Assembly: GCF_006345805.1 (NCBI RefSeq) | Contig: NC_042998.1 | Span: forward strand, 83,700,001 to 83,764,000 | Length of the DNA: 64,000 nt | Direction: 5' to 3' | Source: Octopus sinensis | Lineage: Eukaryota | Shown: positions 1 to 13,126 of the stretch, one piece after another | Numbering within the stretch: the stretch's first letter is position 1 | How the letters are laid out: each line of letters begins with the position of its first letter | Made by a program: the position numbers and the translations under genes | Notes under the pieces: model-generated | Told to the model about the DNA's origin: nothing | Databases searched by the model: none | Seen by the model: only the letters and a program-made list of their open reading frames with translations

Positions 1-705
1 GAAAGAATTGACCCTGGCGGCATTTGAACCTAAAGCGTAAAGACCTTCCATGTTTTAATTGGTTCAATTACTGGAACCTGAAATCAGAACGTGAAACCGG
101 AAGAAATGCCGCTAAAAATTGCTTTTCCCAACATGGTAACGGTTCTGCCAACTCGCTACCTTTATCTTCAGATAAAATATGGAATCGAGCCTTTCTACGA
201 CAGACACAAGGTTGAAATCTGATCGACACAGTACTTCACTGGTACTTATTTTATCGATCCCGGGGGATGAAAGGCAAAGTCGACTTCGACGGAATCTGAA
301 CACGAGTTCTCTCAAATCTCACTTGTATCGATCTCAGAGGAATAAAAAGAAAGAATTGGCCCTGGTGGGATTTGAACCTAGAGCGTAAAGACCTTCCATT
401 TTTTTCAACTGAACCGCCCCCATACTGGGGTATCGCTTTAAAGGATTTTAGTCGAGTAAATTGACAGCTGAATGAAATACTGCTAAGCACTTTTCCCGGC
501 AAAGTAACGGTTCTGCCAACTCGCCGCCTTTGTCTTCCTCCAAAATACTGATTTCATATTTTGAGACAAGGCTAGTAATTTCGGTGAGGAGTTGTTGATT
601 GCATCGACACCAGTACTTAACTGGTATCTATTCCATCGACGAAAGAGAAAATCGGCATCAGTGGTATTTGAACTCGGAATGCAAGGAGCCAGAAGAAATG
701 CTGCT
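1..705 (-). mobile_element. Cluster of decayed family-A (Nin/Deu-core-like) SINE fragments
   Basis: Reverse-strand pieces of the motif ...gatgaaaggcaaagtcgac...atttgaac... and ggttctgccaactcgcc recur; 1-51 is repeated at about 349-398. Confidence 0.65.
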
Positions 706-811
706 AACAGTCGACAATGTATGAAAACAGATAAATTCAAAAGAGCTTTAAAAAAAAACAAAAAAAAAAACAGTGAAGAATTGTACATCGGAAAATTTTA
801 GGAGTAAAGCA

Positions 812-902
812 GTATGTGTGCGCGCACATGCATATACATACGCATATATACATACATATATGTGTGTTTGTGCACACGCACATACACACACACATATATA
901 TA

Positions 903-964
<62 letters not shown>

Positions 965-1095
965 GTATGTATGTATGCATATGTGTGAGTATATATATAC
1001 GCGCGCATGGATGCATATATGTGTATGTGTGGACAGAGAGAAGACTGAGAGAAAAAGAGACAGACAGACAGACAGACAGATAGACAGACAGATAC
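812..1095. repeat. Compound microsatellite (CA/TA/TATG/GACA)
   Basis: Seen directly; explains ORFs 748-1110. Confidence 0.95.
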
Positions 1096-1314
1096 AGCTG
1101 CGGTGAGCATCTTTATCTTTGTTCAATTTCCGGACAATAATAACCCATATTATGTTATCATGTCACGGAAAGTACGTACGATTAAAAGCATTGAATTATG
1201 GGATGTTGTGAGTAAATCCTCTTTTATTTTTATATATTTATTCTTCGTGCCTGTTTAATGTCAAAGGTAAATGTTACACATCCGTGAAAAGTACATAAAT
1301 CTATGTAGCCTGTT

Positions 1315-1530
1315 ATTGGTTTCAAATTTTAACACAGGGGCAGCAATTTCGGTGGTGGGAAGTAAGTCGATTATATCGAACGTAGTACGCAACTGTTACT
1401 TATTTTATCGACTCCGAAAGAATGAAAGGCAAAGTCGACCTCGGCAGAATTGGAACTCAAAAGTGAAGACGAACGAAATGCTGCTAAGCATTTTGTCCAG
1501 CGTGATAACGACTCTACTAGCGCGCCACTT
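1315..1530 (-). mobile_element. Family-A SINE
   Basis: gaatgaaaggcaaagtcgacctcggcagaattggaactc...ctaagcatttt is the reverse complement of the family core. Confidence 0.75.
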
Positions 1531-1545
1531 TCTTGAAGTCTGGTA

Positions 1546-1751
1546 TCAATCCATTTTAACCCACTGTCCTCGTTTGAGGACAGTTGTATTTGGTTTGTTT
1601 ACTGCAATAAAGGTTAATTGAACGCAAACCATTGTATTTGGTTTATTTACTGCAACAGTGGTCAACTGAACGCTTCCGTATGTTTCTTATTCCTATTCAT
1701 ATAACTATCTTCAAAATTTCGACAGGGTTAACCTGAGTTAAAATGGGTTAA
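1546..1751. mobile_element. piggyBac-type MITE-like element
   Basis: Imperfect TIRs tcaa-tccattttaaccca / tgagttaaaatggg-ttaa with a TTAA-like boundary; internal ~45 bp direct duplication. Confidence 0.45.
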
Positions 1752-1786
1752 CTGCTACCAGGAGAAACATGCATGAAATAATAAGG

Positions 1787-2475
1787 TGTAGTGAATCTTG
1801 CATGCATGAAGTGGATTCGATCCACCATAGCCAAATTTAAATTAACGCTGCAACAGAAATGTTCCCATGGTGGAACAATGGTTTTTCTCTGACAGCAGTT
1901 TTACATTTTCCAGATGCCTTTAGCTCGGCCGAAATAATGTCTTCACCACTTGACCCTTTCTAACCTCTTCTACTTCACCAAAAGCTAGACCACCAACTAA
2001 ATCTATTGTTCTCAATGATATATCTATCCTTCTAGATCTTTATATAAGCAAGCATATCCCAAACAAAAATCACTTAGTTGATCATCTTTCACATCTTACA
2101 ACATGCAATAATAACAACAAACTTGTTATCGTTGCCACTGCCTCCACCAACATTTCATAATAATGTTTACCAAACCAATTTCTACCGTTACAATTGGATC
2201 ACGTCAGGGTCACCAATTCTAAAGATCCAGAAGGATAGATATATCACTGAGAACAATAGATTTAGTTGGTGGTCTAGCTTTTGGTGAAGTAGAAGAGGTT
2301 AGAAAGAGTCAAGTGGTGAAGACATTATTTCGGCCGAGCTAAAGGCATCTGGAAAATGTAAAACTGCTGTCAGAGAAAAACCATTGTTCCACCATGGGAA
2401 CATTTCTGTTGCAGCGTTAATTTAAATTTGGCTATGGTGAATCGAATCCACTTCATGCATGTAAGATTCACTACA
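1787..2475. repeat. 256 bp inverted repeat (arms 1787-2042 and 2220-2475, 177 bp spacer)
   Basis: Base-by-base comparison of the arms: 5 substitutions, no indels. Confidence 0.95.
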
Positions 2476-2584
2476 AAGTTTTGTGGAATTAACAGAACTA
2501 GCAGAACACTATATAGGACAATTCTCAGTATGTGGGTTGCAGCACTGTTAGTTCAATGGGTGCAAAAATATATTCCATGATAAA

Positions 2585-2815
2585 ATAATCCTTTCTGCTA
2601 AGGGCACAAGGCCTGAAATTTGATGGGAGGGGGCTAGTCAATCGACCCCAGTATTCAGTCATTCCACTACCCCACTGATATTTAAATTATCTACCCCGAA
2701 AGGATGAAAGGCAAAGTCGACCACAACGGAATTTGAACTCAGAACTTAAAGACAGACAAAATACCACTAAGCATTTCGTCCAGCGTGCTAACTATTCTGC
2801 CAGCTCGCCATCTTA
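2585..2815 (-). mobile_element. Family-A SINE
   Basis: ccccgaaaggatgaaaggcaaagtcgacc...atttgaactcagaac...ttctgccagctcgcc. Confidence 0.8.
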
Positions 2816-3299
2816 TTCCACGATAGAATAATTCCGTACAAGAATATCCACCCCCACCCTTGGCGAGTGTCTTCTAATGAGTGGAAACCAGTGATGAACA
2901 GATTGAACAATAGTTAACGGATGAGGGTGTATTAGCAGAAGCGTTAGAGTGTAAGATAGAATGCGTTGCAGTATTCAATTTTGACCCCTTTACACTCTGA
3001 GTTCTAATCCTCTCGAGGTCACCTTCGCCTTTCATTTTACCTGGGTGAGATAAGATAGAGTACCTTCAAATACAAATGTCTGTTTAATCGTTCCGATTTT
3101 TTGCGATCTGAATTCAAATTTCACCGGTCAACTTTGCCTTTCATTCTCTTGGTGGGCGGGTCGATAAATAAAGTATCATTCTTGTACTGGGATCACTCTC
3201 CCTCTCTCTTCTCCTCTTTGACTGTCTGTCTGCTTGTATGTCTGTCTGTATCTCCGCCCTCTCCCTCTCTGGTCTGGTGGTTTGTATACTATATCGACG

Positions 3300-3550
3300 T
3301 TTTAATGCGTCAACGACTGATGGCTGAAACTTCTTAGACCCACAAACAGCGGACTTCTCATTGCAGAAGTTGAGGTACCAAACATTAGCGACAATGAAAT
3401 ACCACATCTTCCTCCACTTCAGGTACACGAAAAGTGTACCATAGGCGGAGGCAGATGTGAGCCTCTGCTCCCCTTGCATGGATGTGTGCCCTGTTGAAGT
3501 TCTATATAACTGAAGTCATTGACTTCATTGATCACCATTGGACTAACAAT
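3300..3550 (-). pseudogene. RTE/BovB-like LINE fragment (RT C-terminal part), frameshifted
   Basis: Stitched minus frames give EVNDFSY...EQRLTSASAYGTL...WRKxGISLS, resembling the RTE motif V-DxFxYLGS...RIxxASxAFGxL...W...GISL. Confidence 0.5.
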
Positions 3551-3565
3551 ATCTTTAGACATTAT

Positions 3566-4157
3566 AAGGCGGCGAGCCGACAGAAATGTTAGCACGCCTG
3601 TCTTTGCGTTCCGACTTCAAATTCTACCGAGGTCGATTTTGCCTTTTATCCTTTCGAGGTCGATAAATTAAGTACCAGTTGTGTACTGGGGTCGATCTAA
3701 TCGACTGGCCTCCCCCCCCAAAAATTTCGGGCCTTGTGCCTAGAATAGAAAAGGCTATCTTTAGACATCATAAGGCGGCGAGCTGGCAGAAACGTTAGCA
3801 CGACGGGTGAAATGCTTAGCGGTATTTCGTCTGCCGCTACGTTCTGAGTTCAAATTCCGCCGAGGTCCACTTTGCCTTTCATCCTTTCGGGGTCGATTAA
3901 ATAAGTACCAGTTACGCACTGGGGTCGATATAATCGACTTAATCCGTTTGTCTGTCCTTGTTTGTCCTCTCTGTGTTTAGACCCTTGTGGGTAGTAAAGA
4001 AATAGGTGTTTCGTCTGTCTTTACGTTCTGAGTTCAAATTCCACCGAGGTCGACTTTGCCTTACATCCTTTCGGGGTCGATAAATTAAGCACAAGTTGCG
4101 TACTGGGGTCACCCCGCCAGCCAAAATTTCGGGCCTTGTGCCTAGAGTAGAAAATAA
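3566..4157 (+). mobile_element. Two or three tandem/nested family-A SINEs with a triplicated 16 bp target site
   Basis: Head aaggcggcgagc, B-box gagttcaaattcc, core gcctttcatcctttcggggtcgataaattaagtaccag; tatctttagacat(t/c)at at 3550-3565, 3756-3771 and 4158-4173. Confidence 0.9.
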
Positions 4158-4604
4158 TATCTTTAGACATCATCTGTTTTTTTTCTCTTTATTTCTTTCT
4201 CTCTTCCATCGCTTAAATATTTATTTAGTCGTTGACATTTGCAAGGTCATTTTCAAATTTTATGAACGAGCGATCATACAACCTAAGCAGTTTCGAGCCA
4301 AATGCTTCCTCTGCGATGTTATGCTATTTGTTTTTCATTATAATAATTTGCACAGTATAAACTCAAGCAAAATTAAATGGATACATTGCCACACAAGCCG
4401 TACACTTCCTTCTCGGAAGATTTTTTCTAATTTGAGAGAAGCCATAAGTCTACTTCTCATTTCCAAGAGTTTACGATAACACAGTTTTGTAAGAGAACGA
4501 CCAAAAAAAAATTGAATTGTATGATTACTTACTATTGCCTCAAATAGAAACGACACAGTTTGGCTATTGTTGTTGTTGCTGCTGCTACTGCTGCTGTTGC
4601 TGTC

Positions 4605-4638
<34 letters not shown>

Positions 4639-4739
4639 ATGATAATGATGATGAGGAGGAGGAGGAGGACGACGACGACGACGAGGTTTTGTTATTGTCT
4701 GGTCTGGTGACGAATATGAAAATTGAAGTACACGACACT

Positions 4740-5990
4740 TTGTGAAGTCATTGACAGGAGTCAAAATTAACTCGGACAAATTGGTCGGTTTGCAGCTCGC
4801 CACCTGTAGAGGCAGGTCCATGTCGTCGGACAGCGCCCTAGGGTGCTACACAGAGGGCCAGTAAAAAAAAAAAAAGTTACGTGGGTTCTGGTTCGGTTCG
4901 GACTTCCAGGTTGATACGTACTGGCTGAGAGAGATTTATCTTTGAAAGATAGTACAAAGATGGCAAATGCGTACATCGCCTCAGTTATGCTTTAACACCT
5001 GACCATCGTGTCTTATTCCAGTTTTCGTCTCGCCAGATTAGAGCAAAAGCTCATTTATTTCTTGTGAAAAGGATGCGTTCTACTGACCAAGTGATCCGTC
5101 CACCGCCACCACTATTTATGCGCTGAGGCTGTAACACCCTCAAATATTTCTTGACAGTGAACAAGTATAGTCGCTCTTTGTTAGACGAGCTTACCCGCAG
5201 CTCATCTTTTTACTCGAGCTGCAGTTTTCGGTCAAACGAACACCGAGACTGTGTGCAAGGCATCTGGAATGTTGTCAGGTGCTCACAACAACACTCTACT
5301 AGGTAATGCTGGTGGTGAAATTTTATTTTGACTTTCTATAAAGACTAGTGGTGAAGAAGGGCGATGACTTTCTCGAGGAAACGCTAAATGACAAGAACGA
5401 AATAGCCAGACTGTTCCAGTAGACTTTCGCTCAAAGAACTATGGACATTTTCCTTAAATACAATTTAGCAGTACTACCACGGGGCATTGCCGGTTCGGAA
5501 CAAACTTCAGATACGGAAATGTTGTTAGTTGAGATGCATCTGGAGACAGAACCGTTTCGTACGCACTTTGCTGTGTCCGAGTACTATTGAGCTGTGAAGT
5601 TTTGTCGAACAGTTGTTACCAGGTGTAGATCGAATCCGGCAATCAGTTAAGTTCATTATGAGGATCGCTCCGCATTCTTCTTTTCCCTGCTCTGAGCAGA
5701 AAGTCTTCTGACTGTTGAGGGTATGGCGAAAGAAGTTGTATAGTGGACGTGACTGAAAGGATTGTAAACAGACGCTTTGCTCTTCTGTTAAACCTTCATT
5801 GACTTTTATAAGTTTCATCTGGAGAAGGTGTGAAGGTGGAGAGGAAATATTGTTCCACTGCAGTAGATGAGAGAAAGGAGAGAGGCAGTGCTTTAGGGGG
5901 CCTTGCTGATCAGAGTTATGCAGTATCTATGGGTGACAAGACGACTTTTCCTCATTATTGAAGATTTCTGTTGCTATTCCCATATTTTTA
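4740..5990 (+). pseudogene. Tx1/L1-clade LINE ORF2 3' part, decayed
   Basis: Frameshifted motifs GFWFGSDFQV, YHGALPVRNKL, a degraded CCHC knuckle and VEQLLPGVDRIRQSVKFIMRIAP; homologous to the copy at 32.9-33.6 kb. Confidence 0.7.
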
Positions 5991-6054
5991 TTTATATTCT
6001 TTTGTTATTTTCTCTTTTTGCTCCATTTACAGCCACTGTAGTTATTTGTATTGT

Positions 6055-6142
6055 CTTCTTCTTCTTCTTCTTCTTCTTCTTCTTCTTCTTCTTCTTCTTC
6101 TTTCTTCTTCTTCTTCTTCTTCTTCTTCTTCTTCTTCTTCTT
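6055..6142. repeat. (CTT)n microsatellite
   Basis: Seen directly. Confidence 0.97.
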
Positions 6143-6502
6143 TTTGCGGTATTTCATCTATCTTTTTATTCTGAGTTCAAATTCGGCTAAAGTCGACTTT
6201 CCCTTTCATCCTTTCGGGGTCGATAAAATAAGTACCAGTTGAACATTGGGGTTGATATAATCGACTTACAACCTCCCACAAAATGGCTGGCCTTGCACCA
6301 AGATTTTAAATTATTATTAGAAGTAGTTGCAGTAGCAGCTGCATGCAGTATTCTGATTTTACTGCCTGGTGCTATAGAGAAAGTGAAAATCTTTGAAGAA
6401 CAAAAGGTTATTTCTATAAAATCTATTTCTCCGGCTATCATTTCAATTTCACTAGTTTCACTTTAAATTAGCTATTTTAGATGTAGCTGCTGCTGTTAAT
6501 GA

Positions 6503-6612
6503 CGGCGGTGGCAGCGGTGGTGGTGGTGGTGGCGGTGGTGGTGGTGGCGGCGGTGGCGGCGGCGGCGGCGGCGGTGGTGGTGGTGGTGGTGGTGGTGGTG
6601 GTGGTGATGGTG
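6503..6612. repeat. (GGT/GGC)n microsatellite
   Basis: Seen directly. Confidence 0.95.
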
Positions 6613-7044
6613 GGAACGAGAAAAGCCAGAGCGTATAATGTACGGTTATTGTTATAATGCTAAAATTCTACCTGTGTAGTTAAATGGAACAACTACAATT
6701 AATTGCCGTAATTACTTCAATAATGAGCTCATCTTTGTCGTCATTCGGCCTTTCGTCGTTATTGCATAGATACAACGATAAATGAACCTCCATTCTATAA
6801 CCTGCAACTAATTCCTTGCCAACAATCTTGTTATGTATTTGCAAGGTGGTTAGATATGCTTTTCTCACTTTTATTTATCTAATCTGAAAAAGACAGTACC
6901 CATTGTTATTACAAGTTCTACCTCACTGATAAAGTTAATCACTGGGGTCGATGTAACCGACTAGCTAACTCCCACAAAATTCCAAGCCTTGTGCATATAG
7001 TAGAAAGCATTGTTGTTGTTGTTGTTGTTGTTATTATATATCAA

Positions 7045-7247
7045 GTCGAGGTGGCAGAATCGTTGGAGTGCTGGACGAAATGCTTAGTGGTATTTCGCCC
7101 GTTGCTACGTTCGGAATTCAAATTCCGAGAGGCCGACATTGCCTTTCATCCATGTCGATAAATTAAGTACCAGTTGCGTACTGGGGTCGATCTAATCGAC
7201 TGGAACCCTCCTCCCAAATTTGAGGCCTTGTGCCTATAGTAGAAAGG
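7045..7247 (+). mobile_element. Family-A SINE with tail A, running into (ATC/ATT)n
   Basis: Core plus ggccttgtgcctatagtagaaagg immediately followed by the trinucleotide tract 7248-7417. Confidence 0.85.
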
Positions 7248-7250
7248 ATT

Positions 7251-7306
<56 letters not shown>

Positions 7307-7316
7307 TATTATTATT

Positions 7317-7418
<102 letters not shown>

Positions 7419-7419
7419 C

Positions 7420-10400
7420 AAACAACAGATCAGCCTGTCGGAAAAGAAAAAAAAATCCTAACACCGGGCTACAACAAGTAACCTCAGATGTCAAGAAGCC
7501 GTCTATGTATCCTAGCTGTCTCTAATAACACCACTTTCTGCAGCTGTACTAAACTGGGTCTTATGCTATTTCTCCTATCCATCTGTTCAGATCTTTAGGA
7601 ATAGTTGCCAATGCACCTACAACTACTGGGATACATTTAACCCGCACTTTCTATAGTCTCTGTAGCTCAATGGCTAGGTCCTGGTACTTTGCTACTTTTT
7701 CTATACCTCTCATATTGGTTTTTTTACCATTTGTAAGCCAATTATCTGGCACTTTCCATTCTCTTTATCTACTACAACCAAATCAGGCTTTCTAGTTTCG
7801 GTTACTCTGTCAGTCTGAATGTTAAAGTCCCACAACATCTTATAGTTCTTACTTTCTAGTACTTTACTTAGGTTGACGTTCATACCATTTATCAGTATGT
7901 TCAAATCCTAGCTTTCTACAAAGTTCCCAGTAGATTACTCTCCCTAGTTTGTCATATATTTTCTTGTATTCTTTCTGTGCCAGCATGATACATTCACTTA
8001 CTATATGAGTAACGCACTCATATTTTGATCTGCATAATCTTCATTGGGAATCTACTTTGTTTTTTTCCACCTTGGCTTTTATCCAATTCGTCCTTAATGC
8101 TTGAGCTTGTGCAGCTACTAACAAACATTTTATCTATCTCTTCAGATTTCCCTTCTGCAGCCATAACCATGTCTCACAACTATTTCTCCTGCCAGTCGGA
8201 TAATTTCTGTTCTTTTTTCTGGTTTTTAACTTCGTTTGGTGTTTTTGTTTCCTTATGTCTTGCTGTGACTATAGCAACTTTTCATAAACTTTATTCACTA
8301 TTACCTACATAGGAGTCCATATCTACTTTAGCTAACTCCACGTAGTCTTCCATTAATATTAACCTTCTTTCACCTTCCTTTCTAGGTAAGCATGATCATT
8401 TTACTCCTGCCCTTGGGTGGAGTTTTCCGTTTACATTACATTGAATTCTTTCCTAGTTCTTCGTAATTCAGTTTTGGTCCAATCTACAAAAGTAGCTGAG
8501 TATCTAAGTAAAGATACTGCCCAAGTGTTTGCAGCTTTCACTAGATTTCGATCATTTAGCTTTGATTTCATCAGCTTCCTCACCCTTCTGATGTACTCCT
8601 TCTCAATTTTCGTTTTCATTTCTGTAGTTAGTACTCTATCAGATTCTAATATTCCCAGATACTTATAACTCTCGCCTCCTTTCAATGATTTTAATATCTG
8701 ACCATTTTGTAATTGGATGCCTTCGCTGTTGACTATCTGTACCCTTCTCATGACTAATGTTGTACACTTATCTATGCCAAATTCCATGCCTATATCTTTG
8801 CTGAAGAGTCTTACAGTCTGTATTAAGGAATCTATCCCTTTTTCATTCTTACTAAAAAGCTTCAGATCATCCATGTAGGGCAAATGGTTAATTTTTCCCT
8901 TACTATTTCTGAACTGATATCCTGCCTTAGTCTTCCTTGATACTAAACTGAGGGGGATCAAACATAAAGCAAATATTAAAGGTGATAACGAGTCTCCTTG
9001 GAAAATTCCTCTCTTAATATTAACCTTTCCTAAGACTGTGTCACCTGAATATAGATCTACTTTCCATTTCTTCATGCTAAAGCTAATTAATTCTCTTATG
9101 TTGTCTGCTGTATTGAATATACTCAAACATTCACTTATCCATGAGTGTGGGATCATATCATAGGCATTCTTATAATCATTTCATGCTATTGTTAGACTTT
9201 TCTTTCTAGCTTTTACCTCATTTAGAATTGCTTTGTCAATGTATAATAGATCTTGCGTTCCTCTTGCCTTCTTCCAGCAACCTTTCTGTTCTTCTGATAG
9301 TAAATTCTGGTTTTCAAGGTGCTCGTAAATGCTTTCTGAAACATTCCTGCTAACAGCTTCCATGCTAATGGTAAGCAAGTGATTGGTCTATAATTGCTAG
9401 CTGTATTACCCTTGCTTTTATCTGTCATAAGGAGTACTGTTCTCCCTCCGGTCATCTAATCTGGTATTATTCCTCCATTAAGGCAATCTTGAAGTTGTTC
9501 CCTTAGTCTCCCATGTAAATCATTGAATTTCTAGCCAGTACCCTTGAACTAAATCTCGTCCAGAGCCCTTTCAGTTCGGCATTTTCCCTAAGACTTTACT
9601 CATTAATGCACTTGTTAGACTAAGATCTGGCTGCTTCTCCCACACTACTTTTTTCTTCACTTTCTTTAACTATACTGCATCTTCATTATGATTGACTGGC
9701 TTATCCCAAATATTACTCCTGAACTTTCTAACTTCTTTTGCATTAGGTATCTTATCTTCAGTACTTTCTTCTCTACTATTTATTTGGTTGTAAAATCTCC
9801 TCTGGTCTGTCTCAAATAATCTATTCTGATCTACTCTTTTCTGATATCTGGAAAGCTTACCTGGTACTGCTATGATACACTGCTTCAACTCTTTTATGAC
9901 TCTCCCAAATCCTTTGTCTTTGACTAAGAATTTCTTTTCAAGAGAAGACTTAAATCTTCTGTTTCCTAACTTGTTCAATTTCCAGGCTTCTATTCTACTC
10001 AGATCTTGCCTTAAAGTCTTCACTTTATTTTGTAATCTCCTTTCCCACATTTGCTCTTTTCTAATCTTTCCTTATAGAATATCTAATCTCCTAGTAACTA
10101 CTACCCTTCCCGAATAGATCAATAAGTTAGTGTCTCAGATCTTTTTAGTATATATATCCTACTGATAACAGAATCTATTTTCCCAGTCATATGTAGCAGC
10201 TTCCTTGTTGGTACCTTTTAATGCTTGCAATCTTTTTCGTCTTTATTCATTACTTCGTGCTACTCATCTAAAATCTTCTGATCTTCCTCACTTAAATCAC
10301 TTAAATCACTGATGCCAGTTGTCTCTTCCTTATTGGTAGAGCTATCAGTATTTTTTCCTTTAGGTTTTTCTTTAGTTTGAGCTGTATCTCTTATGTTGTT

Positions 10401-10620
10401 TGTCTTTCCTACTGCCTGGTCTTTCTTTCCCAGTTCTCATGTGATCCTTCCCACCTCCAATTCTGTCATCCACTTTCTTCTCGTAATAGCATTAGCATGA
10501 TCTACTAGTCTCTGCTCAGTCACTTTAAACGTACCCCTCTCTACCCGAAATGTTAAAATCTGTTTTCTATAGCCCCTTCTTCTAGGTTCACTTTTTAAGT
10601 AGTATTGCATCGCTATCCTG
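7420..10620 (-). mobile_element. Dong/R4-clade non-LTR retrotransposon (RT + CCHC + restriction-like endonuclease), near full length, decayed
   Basis: N-terminal EQRLVD...WM motif; SNYRPITCL; GIFQGDSLSP; HLPYMDDLKL; DIGMEFGIDKC; YKYLGI; ESVTHIVSEC-type knuckle; LWDFNIQTDR...RKPDLVVVDK RLE motif; 3' end abuts (TAA)n, the known Dong target. Multiple stops and frameshifts. Confidence 0.92.
8431..9156 (-). pseudogene. Reverse transcriptase core fragment of the Dong/R4 element
   Basis: 241 aa ORF containing QGDSLSP and YMDD. Confidence 0.92.
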
Positions 10621-10783
10621 CAGTGTGTGCATATATAGAGGTCATGTATAAATATGGATGTACTGTATATGTAATTAAAATTTTACTCACGTTTGCAGTT
10701 TCCATGTAGTAATATTGTAGTGTTTACATTTTTACGCACATGTTGCTGTGGTAGTGCATCTGGGTGAAGCTATTTTGTGTGTG

Positions 10784-10834
<51 letters not shown>

Positions 10835-12480
10835 TCCCAATATATATTCCGCTGTTTTGAGTACTTTGTAGCTTATTGTGGAGAGATTAGGGGTAGCAAC
10901 TAAGATAGATACGATCCATAATTGATCTAATGTATTGTTTCTACACCATTGCTATTGTCCCTATTTTTCTTCCCTACCAAATGTGCTTCCAGTAATTGTT
11001 TTAAGTATTTTTCTGCGTCGCTTCTCTTTCTTTATTAAGTCTTCTATGTGTTTTGTGTATATTGTGGGGGTGATCTATATAATTCCAAGTACTTTTGTCT
11101 TCTGTATGTCTAGTATATTTATGTTTTGAGTATCACGGTTTATTGCACTTGCTGGTCTTTGGTGCTGCTAATAAGAAAGAAACAAGGATTCCGTAGGCGT
11201 TAATTTTGTGGAGGTGATTCTTCGCTATCGTAATTAATAAGGTTTATACAACATTAAACAACAAGCAGACTGGCTATTATAATAACATTGGTCGGCGAAT
11301 GTCACTACCTTCTCCAAAATATCTGAGCAACGTCAATAGCCTTATTCCATCTCCCTTTTCTCCACCTGTCCTGATGAAGAAGTCCTAGCCCCAAAGGCTT
11401 CAACAGTTGTTCAGTCTTCACTTTTGTATTTCTTTTCACATTGTTTCGACCATAACACATTTTTATTTGAATATTTTTGTGTGAATGAGTAGCAATGAAT
11501 GGAATCAAAAGCTATGATGGTGTCGATGGTCGTTAAAGCTATGTGTGTGATGGCTTTTGCTGTTTTCTCTATTAGGTTTTGATGTTTGCTGTTTTAGGTT
11601 GTGTATGGTATGTTGGTTTAGTATAGTGGTCTGTATTTACCTTTTGATTTGGAGAGAGAGAGAGAGGCGCAGAGAAAGAGAGAGGCAGAGAGAGAGAGAG
11701 GAGAAGAAGAGGGAATTAGTGGTGTTAAGATGTAGCTTTTCTGTAACTTTTGAGGGTGACGGGCCTGAGTAATAGGTCTCGATGGTGGGCCTGTGTGATG
11801 TTAGTTCACCGGAGTTTTTTGTTAGGCTTTAGAATTATAATTTCGCCAGGGTCTAGTTATGGAAATCGAAAACGCTGGAAGAAGTAGCTGATATTGGTGA
11901 AAGCAGGAATTCCTTAAGGCCCCAAGCCTTTTAGCTGTATGGCTGTAGTTTTTATCTGCTCCTGAGACATTTATGTTTATAGCTTTTTAGATGCCTGGCG
12001 AAAGGAGGGAATCAAACTCATGGTATAGATGGAGGTGCGTTTTATTTGTTTTGTGCCCATGCCTTATCTATGTTATTGTTGGCTGATTTTCAAGAAATGT
12101 CCGATAAAGTTATTTGTTTACTGTTGCAATATATGTATAATTTTTTTATTGTAACACGCGATGTGATGTGACTGTAGTATTGTTGTTGCCTTATATAGTA
12201 TTTTTCTGTATGTCGTTTTTGTGGGGGTGGGTGATTATATTAGATTCAATTTTTTTTTGTTACTTTTGTTACTTCTTATTCTGAGGTTTATTTCGGCAGT
12301 GTATGTTGTTGGTGTACCATGCTTGAAGGTGACTCTGTGGCTTTTATAAGGTTGGCTAAGGTTGTTGGGTTGTTTCATGGGATTTTTTCTTAGATGTATC
12401 TATAACTGATTTGTTAAATATATCCGGCAATATCTATATTAAAGATTGTGTTGAATTCTGAAAAAAAAACAAAACTGTTA
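10620..12480 (-). pseudogene. I/Jockey-group LINE reverse transcriptase region, heavily decayed
   Basis: Stitched minus frames: SGADK.TAIQLKGLGP.GI, IILKPNK, SHRP, PSKVTEKL, KVLGI, KHIEDLIKKEKRRRKILKTITGSTFG, KQYIRSIMD, NKLQSTQNS; interrupted by (TA)n, (GA)n and an unassigned insert near 11170-11510. Confidence 0.7.
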
Positions 12481-13126
12481 TTCGATATGTGTACAATCTT
12501 ATTAAACATGTTCGTCTACACTCGGGTGTGGGAAGACCTTTCGCTGCAAAAATAGTCTCGGGAGAAAGCCCTCTTTATAGACAAGGTGTGTGAAATTACG
12601 TCATCGAGTTAGGATTGACGTCATCGGATCGTAGGATGCATGTGTTTTTTGTGTGGTTACGCTTCATCAGTTACAAATTCCACAGCCCTGAAGAACAATC
12701 ATACACATGTATAACACCAGCAAATATTAGATTTACCTACGTGCGCAAAGATTGGTCAAACTGGAATTAATTAATTAGAGGGGCACGAAGCAACGAACGA
12801 AATATGTGTTTACAATGATATTTAGCATTCTATGGAGAGAATGTTTTCTCACCTCGAGACTGTTTCCACAGCGAATGATCTTTTCGCGTCCGGTTGTACA
12901 CAAAAGTATTAAATATGATCCTATACACATATATCTCTTTCAACACTTTTTCGCATGTCTCCAGTTAAAATTATTTTATTTATCTTTGTTGGAACTCACT
13001 TTATTGTGCTTTTGTGAAGTTTGTAAAACTGTTACTGCTCTCTTCATTGATGACAGAGTATTCTGTAATAATTCGTACGTACTCCGATGATTGTTGAAAA
13101 GTCATTTACCTGGTGCTTATCGTAGT

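Noticed and set aside
1160-1213. Possible first exon ATG...GTT|gtgagt
   Set aside because: Only 16 codons with no recognisable homology or linked downstream exon; expected by chance.
1905-1950. Hammerhead in the 256 bp hairpin arm (ggccgaaa...gtc)
   Set aside because: No CUGANGA core and no adjacent stem I.
3566-4173. CRISPR-like or other prokaryotic repeat-spacer array
   Set aside because: The repeats are SINE bodies and TSDs; there are no regular unique spacers or cas genes, and the context is eukaryotic.
12530-12790. Hammerhead-like pieces (ctgaagaacaatc...gattggtcaaac; ctgatgaagcg on minus)
   Set aside because: GAAA is missing or the stems do not close; at most a very old pLTR remnant.
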